Counted from the first letter of the stretch, positions 1 through 11,816 are shown. The stretch is 64,000 bases of DNA from an uncultured Chloroflexia bacterium (GCA_963813335.1 CAWEYL010000005.1:32001-96000), one strand, 5' to 3'. The notes: generated by a model from the sequence alone, not told the origin. Program-made: numbers and translations.

Positions 1-70
1 GCGCGGCCCCGATCGCGTCGCCCGAGGTCGAGCTCTCGCGCCAGGTCAACAGGTCTTCGAAGGCGGTCAT
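1..70 (-). CDS. 5' end of a gene running off the window edge, downstream of the GntR gene; product unknown
   Basis: ATG (70-68) overlaps the GntR stop codon (ATGA coupling); reads MTAFEDLLTWRESSTSGDAIGAA with no stop. Confidence 0.5.
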   Translation of the reverse strand, partial: MTAFEDLLTWRESSTSGDAIGAA

Positions 71-792
71 CGGTCGCGAAGCTCCACGGAATAGCGATAG
101 CGGTCGCCGCGGACCGTGCTCCGGCAGAACTCGATCGGCAGGTCGTCCTGGTCGTAGGCGACGCGCTCGACCCGGAGGGCCGGCTCGCCGCGGCGCTGGT
201 CGAGGAGGGCCGCCTCGTCGGCCGTGAGCAGGATCGGCTCGAACGTCTCCCGTGCACGTGTCGGGCGGCAACCGTAGCGGGTCATGAGCGTGTCGTAGAG
301 GCGGACGGACGAGAAGTCGACGGTCTCGAGCCTCGGGAACCGCCGCGCCGGCAGGTAGCTCGTCTCGACGACCAGCGGATCCGGACCGGCGAGCCGGAGC
401 CGACGCAGCGACACCATCGACGTGCCCGGCGCGACGTCCAGCGCCTCCGCGACGTCGTCCGCGGCCCGCTCGGTGCGCAGGTCGAGGACCCTGGTGCCCG
501 GCTGGAGCCCGTGCCGCTCGATCTCGCGGCTGAACGAGTAGAACCCGCCGATGGTGTGCTCGAAGCGCGGTGCGCTGACGTAGGTCCCCAGGCCGCGCCG
601 GACCTCGAGCGCGCCGACGGCGATCAGGCCGCCGAGCGCCTGGCGGACGGTGGCCCGGCTGACGCCGTAGCGCTCCATCAGCTCGAGCTCGGTCTCCACC
701 TGCGCGCCCGGCGCCAGCTCGCCGGCCCGGATCCGGTCGCGCAGGTCGGCCTCGATGCGGCGGTAGAGCGGCAGCCCCTCGACGTTGGCCAT
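67..792 (-). CDS. GntR/HutC-family transcriptional regulator (HTH + UTRA)
   Basis: PLYRRIEADLRDRI...ELELMERYGVSRATVRQAL HTH; C-terminal UTRA domain ending PIEFCRSTVRGDRYRY; start MANVEG at 792. Confidence 0.93.
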   Translation of the reverse strand: MANVEGLPLYRRIEADLRDRIRAGELAPGAQVETELELMERYGVSRATVRQALGGLIAVGALEVRRGLGTYVSAPRFEHTIGGFYSFSREIERHGLQPGTRVLDLRTERAADDVAEALDVAPGTSMVSLRRLRLAGPDPLVVETSYLPARRFPRLETVDFSSVRLYDTLMTRYGCRPTRARETFEPILLTADEAALLDQRRGEPALRVERVAYDQDDLPIEFCRSTVRGDRYRYSVELRDR

Positions 793-794
793 GG

Positions 795-1699
795 TCAGCC
801 CTTGATCCCGGTCATGGTGATCCCGCGGACGAACTGCCGCTGGGCGATCACGAACAGCACGATCATCGGGATCACGCTCACCAGCGCGCCCGCCATCAGG
901 AGCGGCCACCGCCCGACGTACTGCCCCTGGAACAGCGACAGGCCCGCCGTCACGGTCAGCGTTTCGATGTCGCGCAGGTAGATGATCGGGTCGATCAGGT
1001 CGTTCCACGACCACATGAACGTGAAGATCGCCAGCGTCGCGAGCGCCGGCTTCGCCAGCGGCACGTAGATGTGGCGGTAGATCTGCCACGGGTTCGCCCC
1101 GTCCACGCGGGCCGCGTCGCCGAGCTCCTTCGGGATGGCCAGGAAGAACTGGCGGAGCAGGAAGGTCCCGAACGCGCCGCCGAGGAACGCGCCGACCCAC
1201 AGCGGCTCCTGGGTCCCGATCCAGTTCCCGCTCGTGGACGTCGGGTGCGGCAGCAGGCGGTACAGGATGAAGTTCGGGACGAGGACCACCTGGAACGGGA
1301 TGATCAGGGTGATCAGCAGCAGCGCGAACAGCGGCTCTCGGAACCGGAACCGGAGGGCCGCGAAGGCGAACGCGGCCATCGAGCAGCTGATCAGCTGGCC
1401 GATCGTGCTCAGCGCGGCGAGCTTGAACGAGTTGAAGAAGAAGGTGGCGAACGGCAGGGCGTTCCACATGTCCGGGTAGTTGTGCCACTGGGGGACGAGC
1501 GGGAAGAGCGTCGGCGGGCTGGCGAACACCTCGGACCGGGTCTTGAGCGACGTCGTGATCATCCACAGGAACGGGACCATCATCAGGATGCCCGCCGGCC
1601 ACCAGCAGCCCGATCAAGGCGGCTCGCCGGGTCGTGCGGCAGCCAGCGCCGGGGGCGTCGCGCCGGAGCGCTCCGGGGGGTGGCGACGTCGGCGCTCAC
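795..1699 (-). CDS. Carbohydrate ABC transporter permease (MalG-like); N-terminus frameshifted
   Basis: EAA motif IPKELGDAARVDGAN, WSWNDL, multiple TM helices; GTG at 1699 overlaps upstream stop; frameshift near 1610. Confidence 0.88.
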
Positions 1700-2609
1700 T
1701 GGTAGTGCACCCAGCGGCCCTGCGACCGGAAGTAGATCGCCGTGAAGAGGGCCACGATCGGAACAGGACCCACGACGCCGCGCTCGCGTAGCCCATCTTG
1801 AAGAACTTGAAGCCGTTCTCGTAGATGAAGTAGACGACCGTGATCGTGGCATCCGTCGGGCGAGGCTTGATCAGGACGAAGATCTGGTCGAACACCTGGA
1901 AGCCGGCGATCAGGGCCAGCACGCCGGTGAAGAAGACCGCCGGGGTCAGCAGCGGCAAGGTCACGTGCCGGAAGCGCGCCCACCGGCCGGCGCCGTCGAC
2001 GCTGGCGGCGTCGAGCAGCTCGGACGGGATCGCCTGGAGGGCGGCCAGGAAGATGATCACGTTGACCCCCAGCCCCTGCCAGATCGACATCGCGATGATC
2101 GACGGCATCGCGAGGGTCGGGTTGGTCAGCCATTTCTGCGGCGGGATGCCGACGACCCCGAGCGACCTGGTTGAGCAGCCCCGAGTCCGCGTTGTAGATC
2201 CACTGCCAGACCAGGGCGATGGCGATGGTCGAGGTCACGACCGGCAGGAAGTACGCGGTCCGCACGAGGGCGATGCCGCGGACCGCCTGGTTCAGCGCCA
2301 GGGCCAGGCCGAGCGCGATGGCCAGCCCCAGCGGGACCGACACGATCGTGTAGAAGAACGTGTTCCGGAGCGCCTTGAGGAATCGGTCGTCGGACAGCAG
2401 CGCGCCGAAGTTGTCGAGGCCGACGAACGTCGGTGGCGGTCAGCAGGTCCCACTTCGTGAGGCTGATCGCGAGCGTGCCCAGGATCGGCCCGGCCGACAG
2501 GAGGGCCAGGCCGATCAGGGTCGGGGCGAGGAACGCCAGGGCCCAGCGACCCTCGCCGGCCAGCGGCCCGCGACCCTTGCGGGCCGCGGGGCCGGGGATC
2601 GCTGATCAC
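1696..2609 (-). CDS. Carbohydrate ABC transporter permease (MalF-like); several frameshifts
   Basis: Pieces in different frames: RTAYFLPVVTS, AALQAIPSELLDAASVDGAG, FKMGYASAASW. Confidence 0.85.
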
Positions 2610-2638
2610 GGCGTGTGCTCGGGCGATCGGTCAGGCCG

Positions 2639-4026
2639 TCACTGGCTGGCGAGGATCTCGTCGAGCTGCGGGCAGCGACGTCGGTCAGCGGCCTGCTTGG
2701 CCGTCTTGTTCGGCTCGTTGAAGACGTTCGCGTCGAGCTCCGTCTGGAGCGTCGGTCGTCCAGTCGTTGAAGCCCTTGAACGATGGCTTGAGGTGGGCGT
2801 AGGCGATCGCCGCAGCGAGGACGTCGGCACCCGGGAACGAGGTGGCGAACGGCCCGGCCAGGACCTCCTTGTTGGCCGGCAGCGACGCCCGGAGCTCCAT
2901 GATCTTCGTCTGGGCCGCCGGGCTGGCGAGGTACTTGACGAAGGCCCACGCGGCCTCGGGATTCTTGGAGTTCTTGTAGACGACCGCGCCGGTCGGGTTG
3001 ATCGAGGTGGCCTGACCGGCCGACCCCTTCGGCAACGGGGCGATCCCGAAGTCGATGCCGGCCGACTGGTGGGTGGCCACCAGCCATGAGCCGTTGGCCT
3101 CCATGGCCGCCTTGCCCTGCTCGAAGGCGTCGCCGCTGTCGGCCGGCCAGGCGGCAGGGTCAGGCATGATCTTGTCCTTCCAGATCAGGTCCTGGAGGAA
3201 CTGGATGCCGCCGGCCGCCTCGTCGCTGCCGACGAGGCTGGTCTTGTGGTCGGCCGAGATGATGTCCCCGCCGTTCTGCCAGACGAGCGACGACCAGTAG
3301 TTCTCCATGTCCGTCGACTCGGTGTAGAAGCCCCACTGGGTGGCCTTGCCGGCGGCGTCCCGAAGCGTCAGCTTCTTGCCGACCTCGACCAGCTTCGCCC
3401 AGTCCCACGTCTCGTCGGGATACGGGATCGAGGCCGCGTCGAACATCTTCTTGTTGTAGTACAGGGCGACCACGTTGAGGTCGCGGGGCAGCCCGAACTG
3501 GCCGGTCGGCGTCGTGAAGTCGGCCACGGCCTGATCGGCGAGCTGGCGTCAGGTCGTACCCGTCGCGATCGATGAAGGGCTTGAGGTCGAGCAGGACGTC
3601 GCGGCTCTGGTAGTCGGGGAACAACGGCCCGTCCATCGCGAACACGTCGGGGGCGTCGCCGCCGGCGATCGATGTCTGGAGCTTGTCCCAGTACGGCTCC
3701 CAGTCGGACACGGTCACCTTGACCGTGATCTTCGGGGTGGCGACGTGGAAGGCGTCGACGATCGCCTGCTGGTTCTTGATCTCCTGCGGGTCGCCCCAGA
3801 TCGAGTAGGTGATCGTGGCCTCCGGGCCGGTGTAGCCCGCGTCGCTCGGGGCCGCCGACGCGGGGCTCGACGGCGCCGTCGAGACCGCGGCGCTCGGTGG
3901 CGCGGCGCTGGTCGGCGCGCTGGTGGCGGTCGTGCCGCTGCAGGCCCCGGCGATCAGGGCGACCACGGCCAGTAGCGTGAGCGCCGGAGCCGTCCGCGCG
4001 CGTCGCGCGGTCCGGTCGTTCGTCAT
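2639..4026 (-). CDS. Sugar ABC transporter substrate-binding lipoprotein; frameshifted
   Basis: Lipobox LIAGAC plus Ser/Pro/Ala linker; DKLQTSIAGGDAPDVF, LYYNKKMFDAA, FEQGKAAM; split over ORFs 3160-4083, 2685-3527 and 2639-2830. Confidence 0.88.
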
Positions 4027-5366
4027 CGATCCGTGCCTCCTCCTCGGTCGGCGGCCGTGCCGCCCAGCCAGGCCGGGAGCCACTCGGCTTCGGCCTCGAT
4101 CATCTCGTCGGTCAGACGCCAGGCGTCGTCCAGGGTCAGGTGGCTCTGGACGATCGGGTCGGTCATCACCGCGTGGCCGATGGCCGCGCGGTCGTGGTCG
4201 AGCGCGGCCCGGACCGTCAGCCCCTGCATGTCCACGGCGCCGCGGACGTAGGCCGCCAGCTGGAGCGGCAGTGGCCCCATCGCGACCGGGTGGACGCCGA
4301 GCGCGTCCACCAGCGCCGGGACCTCGACGCAGGCGTCGGCGTCGAGGTTGGGGATCAGGGTGCCGCGGTTCATCGCGTTCACCACGATCCGGGCTGGCAC
4401 CCCGGTCGTCATGGCCTCGGCGATCGTGGCCGCGTACTCGCCGCTGCGCTCGATCTCGAACGGCTCACCGGCGTCCAGCATCCGCCGGGTCTCGGCGTAC
4501 TCCTCGAGGTTGTGCGACACGCGGTCGAGGTACTCGCCGATCGGGCACGTGGAACCGTTCCACGGCGTCGCCGTGGGCGTCGCGCTTGCCGATGTACCAG
4601 GGGTTGTACTCCGCGTGGTGCTCCGAGGACTCCGTGGGGTAGGCGCCCAGCCGGCGGAACAGCTCGGCGCGGACCAGGTCGTCGTCGGGCGCCTTGCCGG
4701 CCTCGATGAAGGCCCGCAGCGCCGGGAGCAGATCCCGACCCTCGTGCTCCATCCGCAGGACGAAGGCGTTGTGGTTGAGCCCGGCGGTCTCCGCGTGGAC
4801 CGCCTCGTGGGGCAGGCCGAGGTACCCGGCGAGCCGTGTCGATGGTCCAGAAGACCGAGTGGCACAGCCCGGCGACCTTGATCGACGTCGCCTCCGCGAC
4901 CGCCCGGACCAGGATCGCCATGGGGTTCGTGTAGTTCAGGAGCCACGCATCCGGGCAGACGCGCCTCCATGTCGCGGGCGATCCCGAGGACGACCGGGAT
5001 CGTGCGCAGGCCCCGGAACACGCCCCCGACGCCGATGGTGTCGTTGATCGTGTAGTGCAGCCCGAAGGTCGCCGGCACGGCGAAGTCGATCTCGGTCGCA
5101 CGGGCGCCGCCGACCTGGATCGTGTTGACCACGAAGTCCGCGCCGGCCAGCGCCTCGCGCCGGTCGAGATGGGCGGAGATCGTCGGGTCGGCATCGAGCG
5201 CGCCCGCGGTCCAGCGGGCCATCCGCTCCGCGGTCGCCAGCCGCTCCGGGTCGATGTCGTGCAGCGCGATGTGCGAGGTCCGCAGGGCCGGCGAGGTGAG
5301 CATGTCACCGAGCAGGTTCCGGGTGAATTCGACGCTGCCTGCGCCGACGAGGACGATCCGAGGCAT
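4023..5366 (-). CDS. Glycoside hydrolase family 4 (alpha-galactosidase/glucosidase, MelA-like); frameshifted
   Basis: [11 protein letters not shown] Rossmann motif, [28 protein letters not shown] and GLCHSV (other frame), [24 protein letters not shown]. Confidence 0.9.
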   Translation of the reverse strand: MPRIVLVGAGSVEFTRNLLGDMLTSPALRTSHIALHDIDPERLATAERMARWTAGALDADPTISAHLDRREALAGADFVVNTIQVGGARATEIDFAVPATFGLHYTINDTIGVGGVFRGLRTIPVVLGIARDMEARLPGCVAPELHEPHGDPGPGGRGGDVDQGRRAVPLGLLDHRHGSPGTSACPTRRSTRRPPGSTTTPSSCGWSTRVGICSRRCGPSSRPARRPTTTWSAPSCSAGWAPTPRSPRSTTRSTTPGTSASATPTATPWNGSTCPIGEYLDRVSHNLEEYAETRRMLDAGEPFEIERSGEYAATIAEAMTTGVPARIVVNAMNRGTLIPNLDADACVEVPALVDALGVHPVAMGPLPLQLAAYVRGAVDMQGLTVRAALDHDRAAIGHAVMTDPIVQSHLTLDDAWRLTDEMIEAEAEWLPAWLGGTAADRGGGTDR

Positions 5367-5389
5367 CGCGGCTCCACGTGACGATGGTC

Positions 5390-5424
5390 GTCAGGACGTA
5401 CGGACGTCCGGATGTCACGGTAGC
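5390..5424 (-). promoter_or_regulatory. Promoter of the GH4 operon (extended -10 TGcTACCGT) with tandem 8-bp GTxxGGAC-type repeats; candidate GntR operator
   Basis: GTCAGGAC-GTACGGAC-GTCCGGAT at 5390-5413, next to a minus-strand -10 at 5417-5422. Confidence 0.5.
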
Positions 5425-5451
5425 AGGTCGGCCCCAAGTGGCGCAAGACCG

Positions 5452-5487
5452 TACACTCGAAGCAGGGCAGCGAGCCGAAACTTTCGG
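5452..5487 (+). promoter_or_regulatory. xylA promoter -10 (TACACT) and palindromic operator CCGAAACTTTCGG
   Basis: TACACT at 5452-5457; perfect palindrome at 5475-5487 resembling CGAA-Nx-TTCG BxlR/LacI-type xylan operators. Confidence 0.6.
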
Positions 5488-5506
5488 GCAGTTGGAGGGT
5501 CCGCGC

Positions 5507-6850
5507 GTGGGTCAGGAGTTCTTCACCGAGGTGACGGGCCCGATCCCGTTCGGCGGGCTCGGGTCGACGGACCCGCTCGCGTTCAAGGTCTACCAGCCCG
5601 ACCGGCTCGTCCTGGGCAAGCGGATGGTCGACCACCTCCGTCCCGGGGTCTGCTTCTGGCACTCGTTCTCGTGGCCCGGCGTCGACATGTTCGGGACCGG
5701 GACGCTCGATCGCCCGTGGCTCAGCGGGACCGGCGACCCGATGGCGGCGGCCCGCGAGCGGCTCGCGGTGGCGTTCGAGTTCTTCGCCAAGCTCGGCATC
5801 CCCTGGTACTGCTTCCACGACCGCGACGTCGCGCCGGAGGGCGGCTCGTTCGCCGAGTTCCGGTCCAACCTCGACGCGATCGTCGACGACGCGCTCGGCT
5901 ACCAGGAGCGCACCGGCGTGCGCCTGCTGTGGGGCACGGCCAACCTGTTCACCCACCCCCGCTTCCAGGGCGGCGCGGCCACGAACCCGGACCCCGAGGT
6001 CTTCGCCTACGCGGCGGCGCAGGTCAAGCACATGCTCGAGGTGACGCTGCGGCTCGGTGGCGAGAACTACGTGCTGTGGGGCGGCCGCGAAGGCTACGAC
6101 ACGCTGCTCAACACGGACCTCAAGCGCGAAGGCGCCCAGCTCGCCCGGTTCCTCCACCTCGTGGTGGAGCACAAGCACAAGATCGGCTACACCGGCCAGC
6201 TCCTGATCGAGCCGAAGCCGATGGAGCCCACCAAACACCAGTACGACTACGACTCGGCCACGGTCCACGGCTTCCTCGTCCGCAACGGACTCGAGGGCGA
6301 GTACGCGGTCAACGTCGAGGCCAACCACGCCACGCTCGCCGGCCACTCGTTCCACCACGAGGTCGCGTTCGCGACCGCGAACGGCTTCCTTGGCAGCATC
6401 GACGCCAACCGCGGCGATCCGCAGAACGGCTGGGACACCGACCAGTTCCCGAATTCGGTCGAGGACCTGACGATGCCGATGTACGAGATCCTGCGGAGTG
6501 GCGGCATCGCGCCGGGCGGCTTCAACTTCGATGCGAAGCTTCGCCGCCAGAGCTCCCACCGCACGGACCTCTTCCACGCCCACATCGGCGCGCTCGACAC
6601 GCTCGCCCAGGCCCTCCTCGCCGCCGCCGCCCTGATCGAGGACGGGCGGCTGGCAACGCTTCGTGACCAGCGTTACGCGGGCTGGGACGGCGACCTCGGG
6701 AGCGCCATCCTCGGCGGCTCGCTGGGCCTCGCCGACCTCGAGGCCCGCGTCGCCTCGGGCGAGATCGACCCGCGACCGGTGTCGGGCGCCCAGGAGCACC
6801 TCGAGAACATCGTCAACCAGGGCATCTGGCGGGCGGCCAAGGAGGGCTGA
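5507..6850 (+). CDS. xylA: Xylose isomerase (class II)
   Basis: [43 protein letters not shown]; GGAGGG RBS before GTG 5507. Confidence 0.97.
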   Translation: MGQEFFTEVTGPIPFGGLGSTDPLAFKVYQPDRLVLGKRMVDHLRPGVCFWHSFSWPGVDMFGTGTLDRPWLSGTGDPMAAARERLAVAFEFFAKLGIPWYCFHDRDVAPEGGSFAEFRSNLDAIVDDALGYQERTGVRLLWGTANLFTHPRFQGGAATNPDPEVFAYAAAQVKHMLEVTLRLGGENYVLWGGREGYDTLLNTDLKREGAQLARFLHLVVEHKHKIGYTGQLLIEPKPMEPTKHQYDYDSATVHGFLVRNGLEGEYAVNVEANHATLAGHSFHHEVAFATANGFLGSIDANRGDPQNGWDTDQFPNSVEDLTMPMYEILRSGGIAPGGFNFDAKLRRQSSHRTDLFHAHIGALDTLAQALLAAAALIEDGRLATLRDQRYAGWDGDLGSAILGGSLGLADLEARVASGEIDPRPVSGAQEHLENIVNQGIWRAAKEG

Positions 6851-6866
6851 CAGCCGGTCGCGGCGG

Positions 6867-7120
6867 TCAGGCGGGGAGCGGCACGCTCTCGACCATCGGC
6901 TTCACGACCTTGACCAGGGTCTCCATCGTCTCGAGGTCGTAGGGCGCCCCGAGCTCCACGATGAACGTGTGGAAGCCGATCCGCCGGTAGGCCACCATCG
7001 TCTCGGCGATCTGCTCGGCGGTGCCGGTCCAGAAGGTCTCGTCGTCGGCCACCCGCGACAGCGGGGTCCGGTTGTGCTCGAGCATCGCCCGCCGGACGCG
7101 CTCGGCTTCGGCCGCGGTGC
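6867..7120 (-). CDS. C-terminal fragment of an LLM-class (probably F420-dependent) oxidoreductase, truncated at a junction
   Basis: FWTGTAEQIAETMVAYRRIGFHTFIVELGAPYDLETMETL...VKP is a typical LLM C-terminus; upstream sequence is unrelated. Confidence 0.65.
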
Positions 7121-7193
7121 ATCGCCGCCGATGCGATCGACCGGAGGAGGCAAGGCCCGTCGTTTTGGGCCACGGGACGAACGAAACCGACAC

Positions 7194-8159
7194 GTCGATA
7201 TCACGGACCAGACGAAGGACTGGCCGGAGCTCGCCGACGTGAGCCCGGGCCACAAGACCGTCGCGACGTTCAACAACCGCCTGTTCGGCGTCCCGCTGTA
7301 CGCCGACGTCTCGGCGCTGTTCTACAACAAGGACCTCTTCAAGAAGGCCGGGCTCGATCCCAACAAGCCGCCGACCAGCCTCGCAGAGATCCGCTCGTAC
7401 GCCGACAAGATCACCGCGCTGGGCGGTGACACCAAGGGCTACTACCTGCCGGGCAACTGCGCCGGCTGCAACATCTTCACCGTCGGCCCCCTGATGTGGG
7501 CGTCCGGCGCCACGATCGAAGCCGGCAAGTGCGGTGACGAGCCGCTCGTCGGCGATGGCGTCAAGCAGGTCGACCAGTGGGCACGCGACATGGTCGCGGC
7601 CAAGAACGTCCCCGATGGCGCGCGGGCCGAGACCGGCGCCACCTTCGCGGAGCAGTTCGGCTCCGGCAAGCTCGGGATGATGGGGACGGGGAACTTCAAC
7701 ATCGTGCTCGCGCGCGACCAGATGAAGGACCACCCGTTCGAGTTCGGCATCAGCCTCCTCCCGGGCACGGAGGCCGGCAAGTACGCGTCGTTCATCGGCG
7801 GCGACCTGGTCGTCATCCCGAAGGGCAGCAAGCGCGTCGACGACTCGCTCGCGTTCATGCACTACCTGCTGAACGACGCCCAGCAGGTCGAGCTCTACGC
7901 CAAGGCGCTCAACCTGACCACCCGCACCGATCCGAAGCTCCTCGACAACCAGTACTACAAGGCCGAGCCGCTCATCGCGGACGTGGCCAAGGCGCTGGCG
8001 GTCGGCAAGACGCCGTATTCGCTGACCTTCTTCGAGCAGATCAACGATCCGGCCGGCCCCTGGCTGCAGCAGCTCCAGCGGGCGTACTACACGACCGACA
8101 GCATCGACACGATCATCGCTGACGCCAAGACGGCGATGAAGACCATCTCCTGCAAGTAA
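7194..8159 (+). CDS. Sugar ABC substrate-binding protein lacking its N-terminus
   Basis: FGVPLYADVSALFYNKDLFKKAGLDPNKPP, FGSGKLGM; no signal peptide or start codon visible. Confidence 0.8.
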   Translation, partial: VDITDQTKDWPELADVSPGHKTVATFNNRLFGVPLYADVSALFYNKDLFKKAGLDPNKPPTSLAEIRSYADKITALGGDTKGYYLPGNCAGCNIFTVGPLMWASGATIEAGKCGDEPLVGDGVKQVDQWARDMVAAKNVPDGARAETGATFAEQFGSGKLGMMGTGNFNIVLARDQMKDHPFEFGISLLPGTEAGKYASFIGGDLVVIPKGSKRVDDSLAFMHYLLNDAQQVELYAKALNLTTRTDPKLLDNQYYKAEPLIADVAKALAVGKTPYSLTFFEQINDPAGPWLQQLQRAYYTTDSIDTIIADAKTAMKTISCK

Positions 8160-8207
8160 GCCTCTGAAGGGTGCTCCAACCCCGCAGGGATAGCCGCGGG
8201 GTCACCA

Positions 8208-8702
8208 TGCGCCGACCGTTCGCCCGCGCCTGGTCCCGCGTGTGGGCCGGGCGGAACCGCTATCTCACGAGCGCGTTCTGCGTGGCCATCTCCGCATTCA
8301 TGCTCGTGCCGATCGTCTCCTCCGTGCTCACCTCGGTGAAGACGAGGGCGGAGGTGGCTGCGGTGCCGCCGACCTACTTCCCCCACGAGCTGAGCCTCGA
8401 CAACTACGCCCGGCTGTGGGACTACCAGGCCGGGCTGCCCACGTACTTCGGGAACAGCCTGGCGACGGCGGGCATGACGATCGCCTTCACCCTGCTCCTG
8501 ACGATCCCGGCGGGCTACGCGCTGGCGCGGTTCCCGGTCCCGGCCAAGGAGGGCATCTTCGTCTTCCTGCTGCTCGCCCTGATCATCCCGTACCAGGCGC
8601 TCCTGACGCCGATCTTCCTGATGTTCGCGTCCCTGCCGGTCAAGCTGACGAACACGCTGGTAGGCCTGGCCATCCTCCACACGGCGATCCGAGCTGCCAT
8701 TC
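8208..8702 (+). CDS. N-terminal half of a carbohydrate ABC permease, truncated at a junction
   Basis: SLDNYARL, IPAGYALARF, LIIPYQALLTPIF, ending at HTAI(Q)LPF; EAA motif absent. Confidence 0.75.
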
Positions 8703-10602
8703 AAGCCGAGCGAACGGCGAGCAGCGCCGTCCTGCCCACCGACGGGGCGATCTCCGTCGCGAGGCCGCTACCCGCGCGGGACGTGGCCATCGTCGCCGGC
8801 CTGTGGGCCGACCGGCTCCGAACGAACCGCGAGCGCTCGCTGCAGCACGGGTATGCGGAGCTCAGCCGCGTCGGGAACCTCCAGAACTTCCGGCTCGCCG
8901 CGGGCGCGCAGGGGACCTACCAGGCTCTCGGGGCGCCGATGGGCCTGGTCTTCCCGTTCCTCGACACCGACGTCTACAAATGGCTCGAGGCGGTCGGCTG
9001 GCAGCTTGGGCATGGGCCGGACGCGGGCCTGTCTGCGGCGGCGGACGAGGTGATCGGGCTGATCGAGGCCGCGCAGCGGCCGGACGGCTACATCAACACC
9101 TACGTGCAGGTCGTCGCAGGCGGGGAGCCCTACCGCGACCTCCAGTGGGGCCACGAGCTCTACTGCGTCGGCCACCTCATCCAGGCCGCGATCGCGTGGC
9201 ATCGCTCGATCGGGGACGACCGCCTGCTGACCGTCGCGCTCCGGGCCGTCGCGTCGGTCGACGCCGAGCTGGGACCGGACGGCCGCGACGGCGTCGACGG
9301 CCACCCAGAGGTCGAGATGGCGCTCGTCGAGCTGTACCGGACGACCGGCGACCGGCGCCACCTGGAGCTCGCCAGGCGCATGGTCGAGCTGCGCGGCCAC
9401 GGCATCCTCGGACCGGGACGGTTCGGGGCCGCGTACTGGCAGGACCACCTGCCGGCGCGTGACGCCACGTCCGTGGCCGGCCATGCGGTCCGCCAGCTCT
9501 ACCTCGATCGCGGCGTCGTGGACCTCGCCGTGGAGCTCGGCGATCGCGAGCTGCTCGAGGCGGTGCTCCGGCGCTGGCACGACATGGTCGAGACCCGGAT
9601 GTACCTGACGGGCGGGCTCGGCAGCCGCCAGCACGACGAGGCGTTCGGCGACCCGTACGAGCTGCCGCCGGACCTCGCCTACGCGGAGACCTGCGCCTCG
9701 ATCGCGAGCGTCATGCTCGCCTGGCGCCTGCTGCTCGCCACGGGCGATCCCGCCTGCGCGGACGTCATCGAGCGGGCGGTCTTCAATGGCGTCCTGCCCG
9801 GCGTGGCGGGCGACGGGACCGCGTTCTTCTACGTCAACACCCTCCAGCGCCGGACGGTCCGGGCGGCGACGGCGGACGGTTCCGGCGAGCGCCAGCCGTG
9901 GTTCGCCTGCGCCTGCTGCCCGCCCAACGTCATGCGCCTGCTCAGCTCCTGGGAGCAGTACATCGCGACCGCCGATGGCTCCGGCATCCAGCTGCAGCAG
10001 TACGCGGCCGCGGAGCTGGGCGCCGATGTCGGGGGTGGTCCGGTCCGCCTGCGGGTCGACACCGACTACCCGTGGAGCGGCCGGATCGAGGTGTCGATCC
10101 TCGAGAGCCCGGCGGCGCCCTGGACCCTGACGCTGCGGGTCCCCGGCTGGTGCGAGTCGGCGAGCGTCGAGGTCGCCGGGGCCGCGCCCGAGACCGTCCC
10201 GGCCGGTGCGCGGACCGTCGAGCGGACGCGCTCGTGGACGGCCGGCGAGCGGGTCGTGCTGACCCTCGACATGCCGGTCCGCGTGACCCGGCCGCATCCC
10301 CGGGTCGATGCGGTCCGCGGCTGCGTCGCGTTCGAGCGGGGGCCGATCGTGTACGCGGTCGAGACCGCGGACCTGCCGGCTGGGACGGAGCTCGAGGACG
10401 TCCGCGTCGACGCGCAGGTCCGGCCGAGCCTCACAACACGGGATGACCTGCCCGGTGCGCCGGTCGGGCTCACCCTGGCGGCCAGCTCGGCCTCGACCGG
10501 CGCGGAGACCGAGATCGGGGCGATCCCTACTTCTCCTGGGCGCAGCGGCGGACCGAGGCGATGCGCGTCTGGATCCCGGTTCGCGCGGCCGGCGAGGACT
10601 GA
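8703..10602 (+). CDS. Glycoside hydrolase family 127 (beta-L-arabinofuranosidase-like); start missing, C-terminal frameshift
   Basis: DTDVYKWLEA, HELYCVGHL, GHPEVEMALVELY, GHAVRQLY, YAETCASI, WFACACCPPN, RGPIVY; ends MRVWIPV...TGA 10602 in a shifted frame. Confidence 0.9.
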
Positions 10603-10612
10603 CCGGGCGCCC

Positions 10613-11775
10613 TCAGCCCGCGGCGGTGGGGTCCGCCGCCAGCCCGGCCGGCGCGGGCACGCGGATCGCCGGCGGTGCCGTGGACTCGCGGACGACGAGC
10701 GTCGGGTCGAAGGACTGGATGCGCGCCTCGCGGGGGCTCGTGGGGTCCTGCGCGAAGCCGATGGCCTGGCGGACGCCCTCGCGGACCATCTCGGTGATCG
10801 GCATCCGCAGGGTCGTCAGCGCCGGCGCCGTGTGCGCCGCGATCGGGATGTCGTCGAAGCCGACCACGGACAGCTCGCGCGGGACGATCCGGCCGCGGCT
10901 GTAGGCCGCGTGCAGGACGCCGATCGCCACAAGATCCGTCGAGGTCACGAGGGCGGACGGGGGGTCGTCGAGCTCGAGCAGCGCGTCAAGGGCCGCCTCG
11001 CCGCCGGCCATCGTGTTCGGGACGTCCTGGATGTAGTCCGGACGGACGCCGCCGAAGCGCTCGACCATGAAGCCGATGAACGCGTCGCGGCGCTGCGGGT
11101 TGTCGCCCGGCAGCTGGGCGCTGACCATCGCGATGCGCTCGTGGCCGAGCGCGGCAGGTGCTCCCGGCGAGCGGATGCCAGCGTCGTTGTCGACGTCGAC
11201 GGTCGGGGGAACAGCAGCGGGCTAGCCCGCCAGAGCGCCACGACCGGGACGACGGAATGGCCGAGATCGTCGAGGAGGCGCGGCTGGTCCTGCATGTCGC
11301 CGAGCAGGACGATCGCATCGCAGTGGCGGGTCTCGAGGACCGCGGGCAGTGACCACGCTTCGTCGAGCCGGCCATGGCCGAGCACCACGTTGTAACCGCG
11401 CCGCGCGGACTCGACGGCGAGCGCCTCGATCGCGCCGGCGAAGAACGGGTCGCCGAAGTCACGGACCACCGCTCCCAGCAGCATGGTCGGCGCGCCGCGC
11501 AGGCCGCGGGCCAGGGGGTTCGGCCGGTAGCCGAGCGTCCGGGCGGCAAGGATCACCCGCTCGCGGGTCGCCTCGGTGATGGGGACGCTGGTCGAGACGT
11601 CGTTGAGGACCCGGGATACCGTGCTCTGCGAGACGCCCGCCGCGAGGGCGATGTCGCGCATGGTCGGGACGTAGCCGCGGGACCTGGGCGGCGGGGCCGC
11701 GGGGCGGCCGTCAGTGCTCGAGTCGGGGTCGCGAACGCCGCCCGACCGATCGAGCGTGGCGTCGTCCGGTCCCAT
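10613..11775 (-). CDS. LacI-family transcriptional regulator; frameshifted
   Basis: TMRDIALAAGVSQSTVSRVLN HTH, LGYRPNPLARGL, VPRELSVVGFDDI...PALTT, PTLVVREST. Confidence 0.92.
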
Positions 11776-11781
11776 CGTGCA

Positions 11782-11816
11782 AGCGTAGCACCGAAGATGC
11801 GGTCATACGTATGCAA
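11782..11816 (-). promoter_or_regulatory. Leaderless promoter of the LacI gene and palindrome CATACGTATG (candidate LacI operator)
   Basis: TGcTACGCT 6 nt before ATG 11775; perfect palindrome at 11804-11813 with a central CG. Confidence 0.55.

Noticed and set aside
8171-11395. 1074-aa permease-glycosidase multidomain protein
   Set aside because: It results from a junction at ~8700 plus a frameshift at ~10525 that reads into the antisense of the LacI gene.
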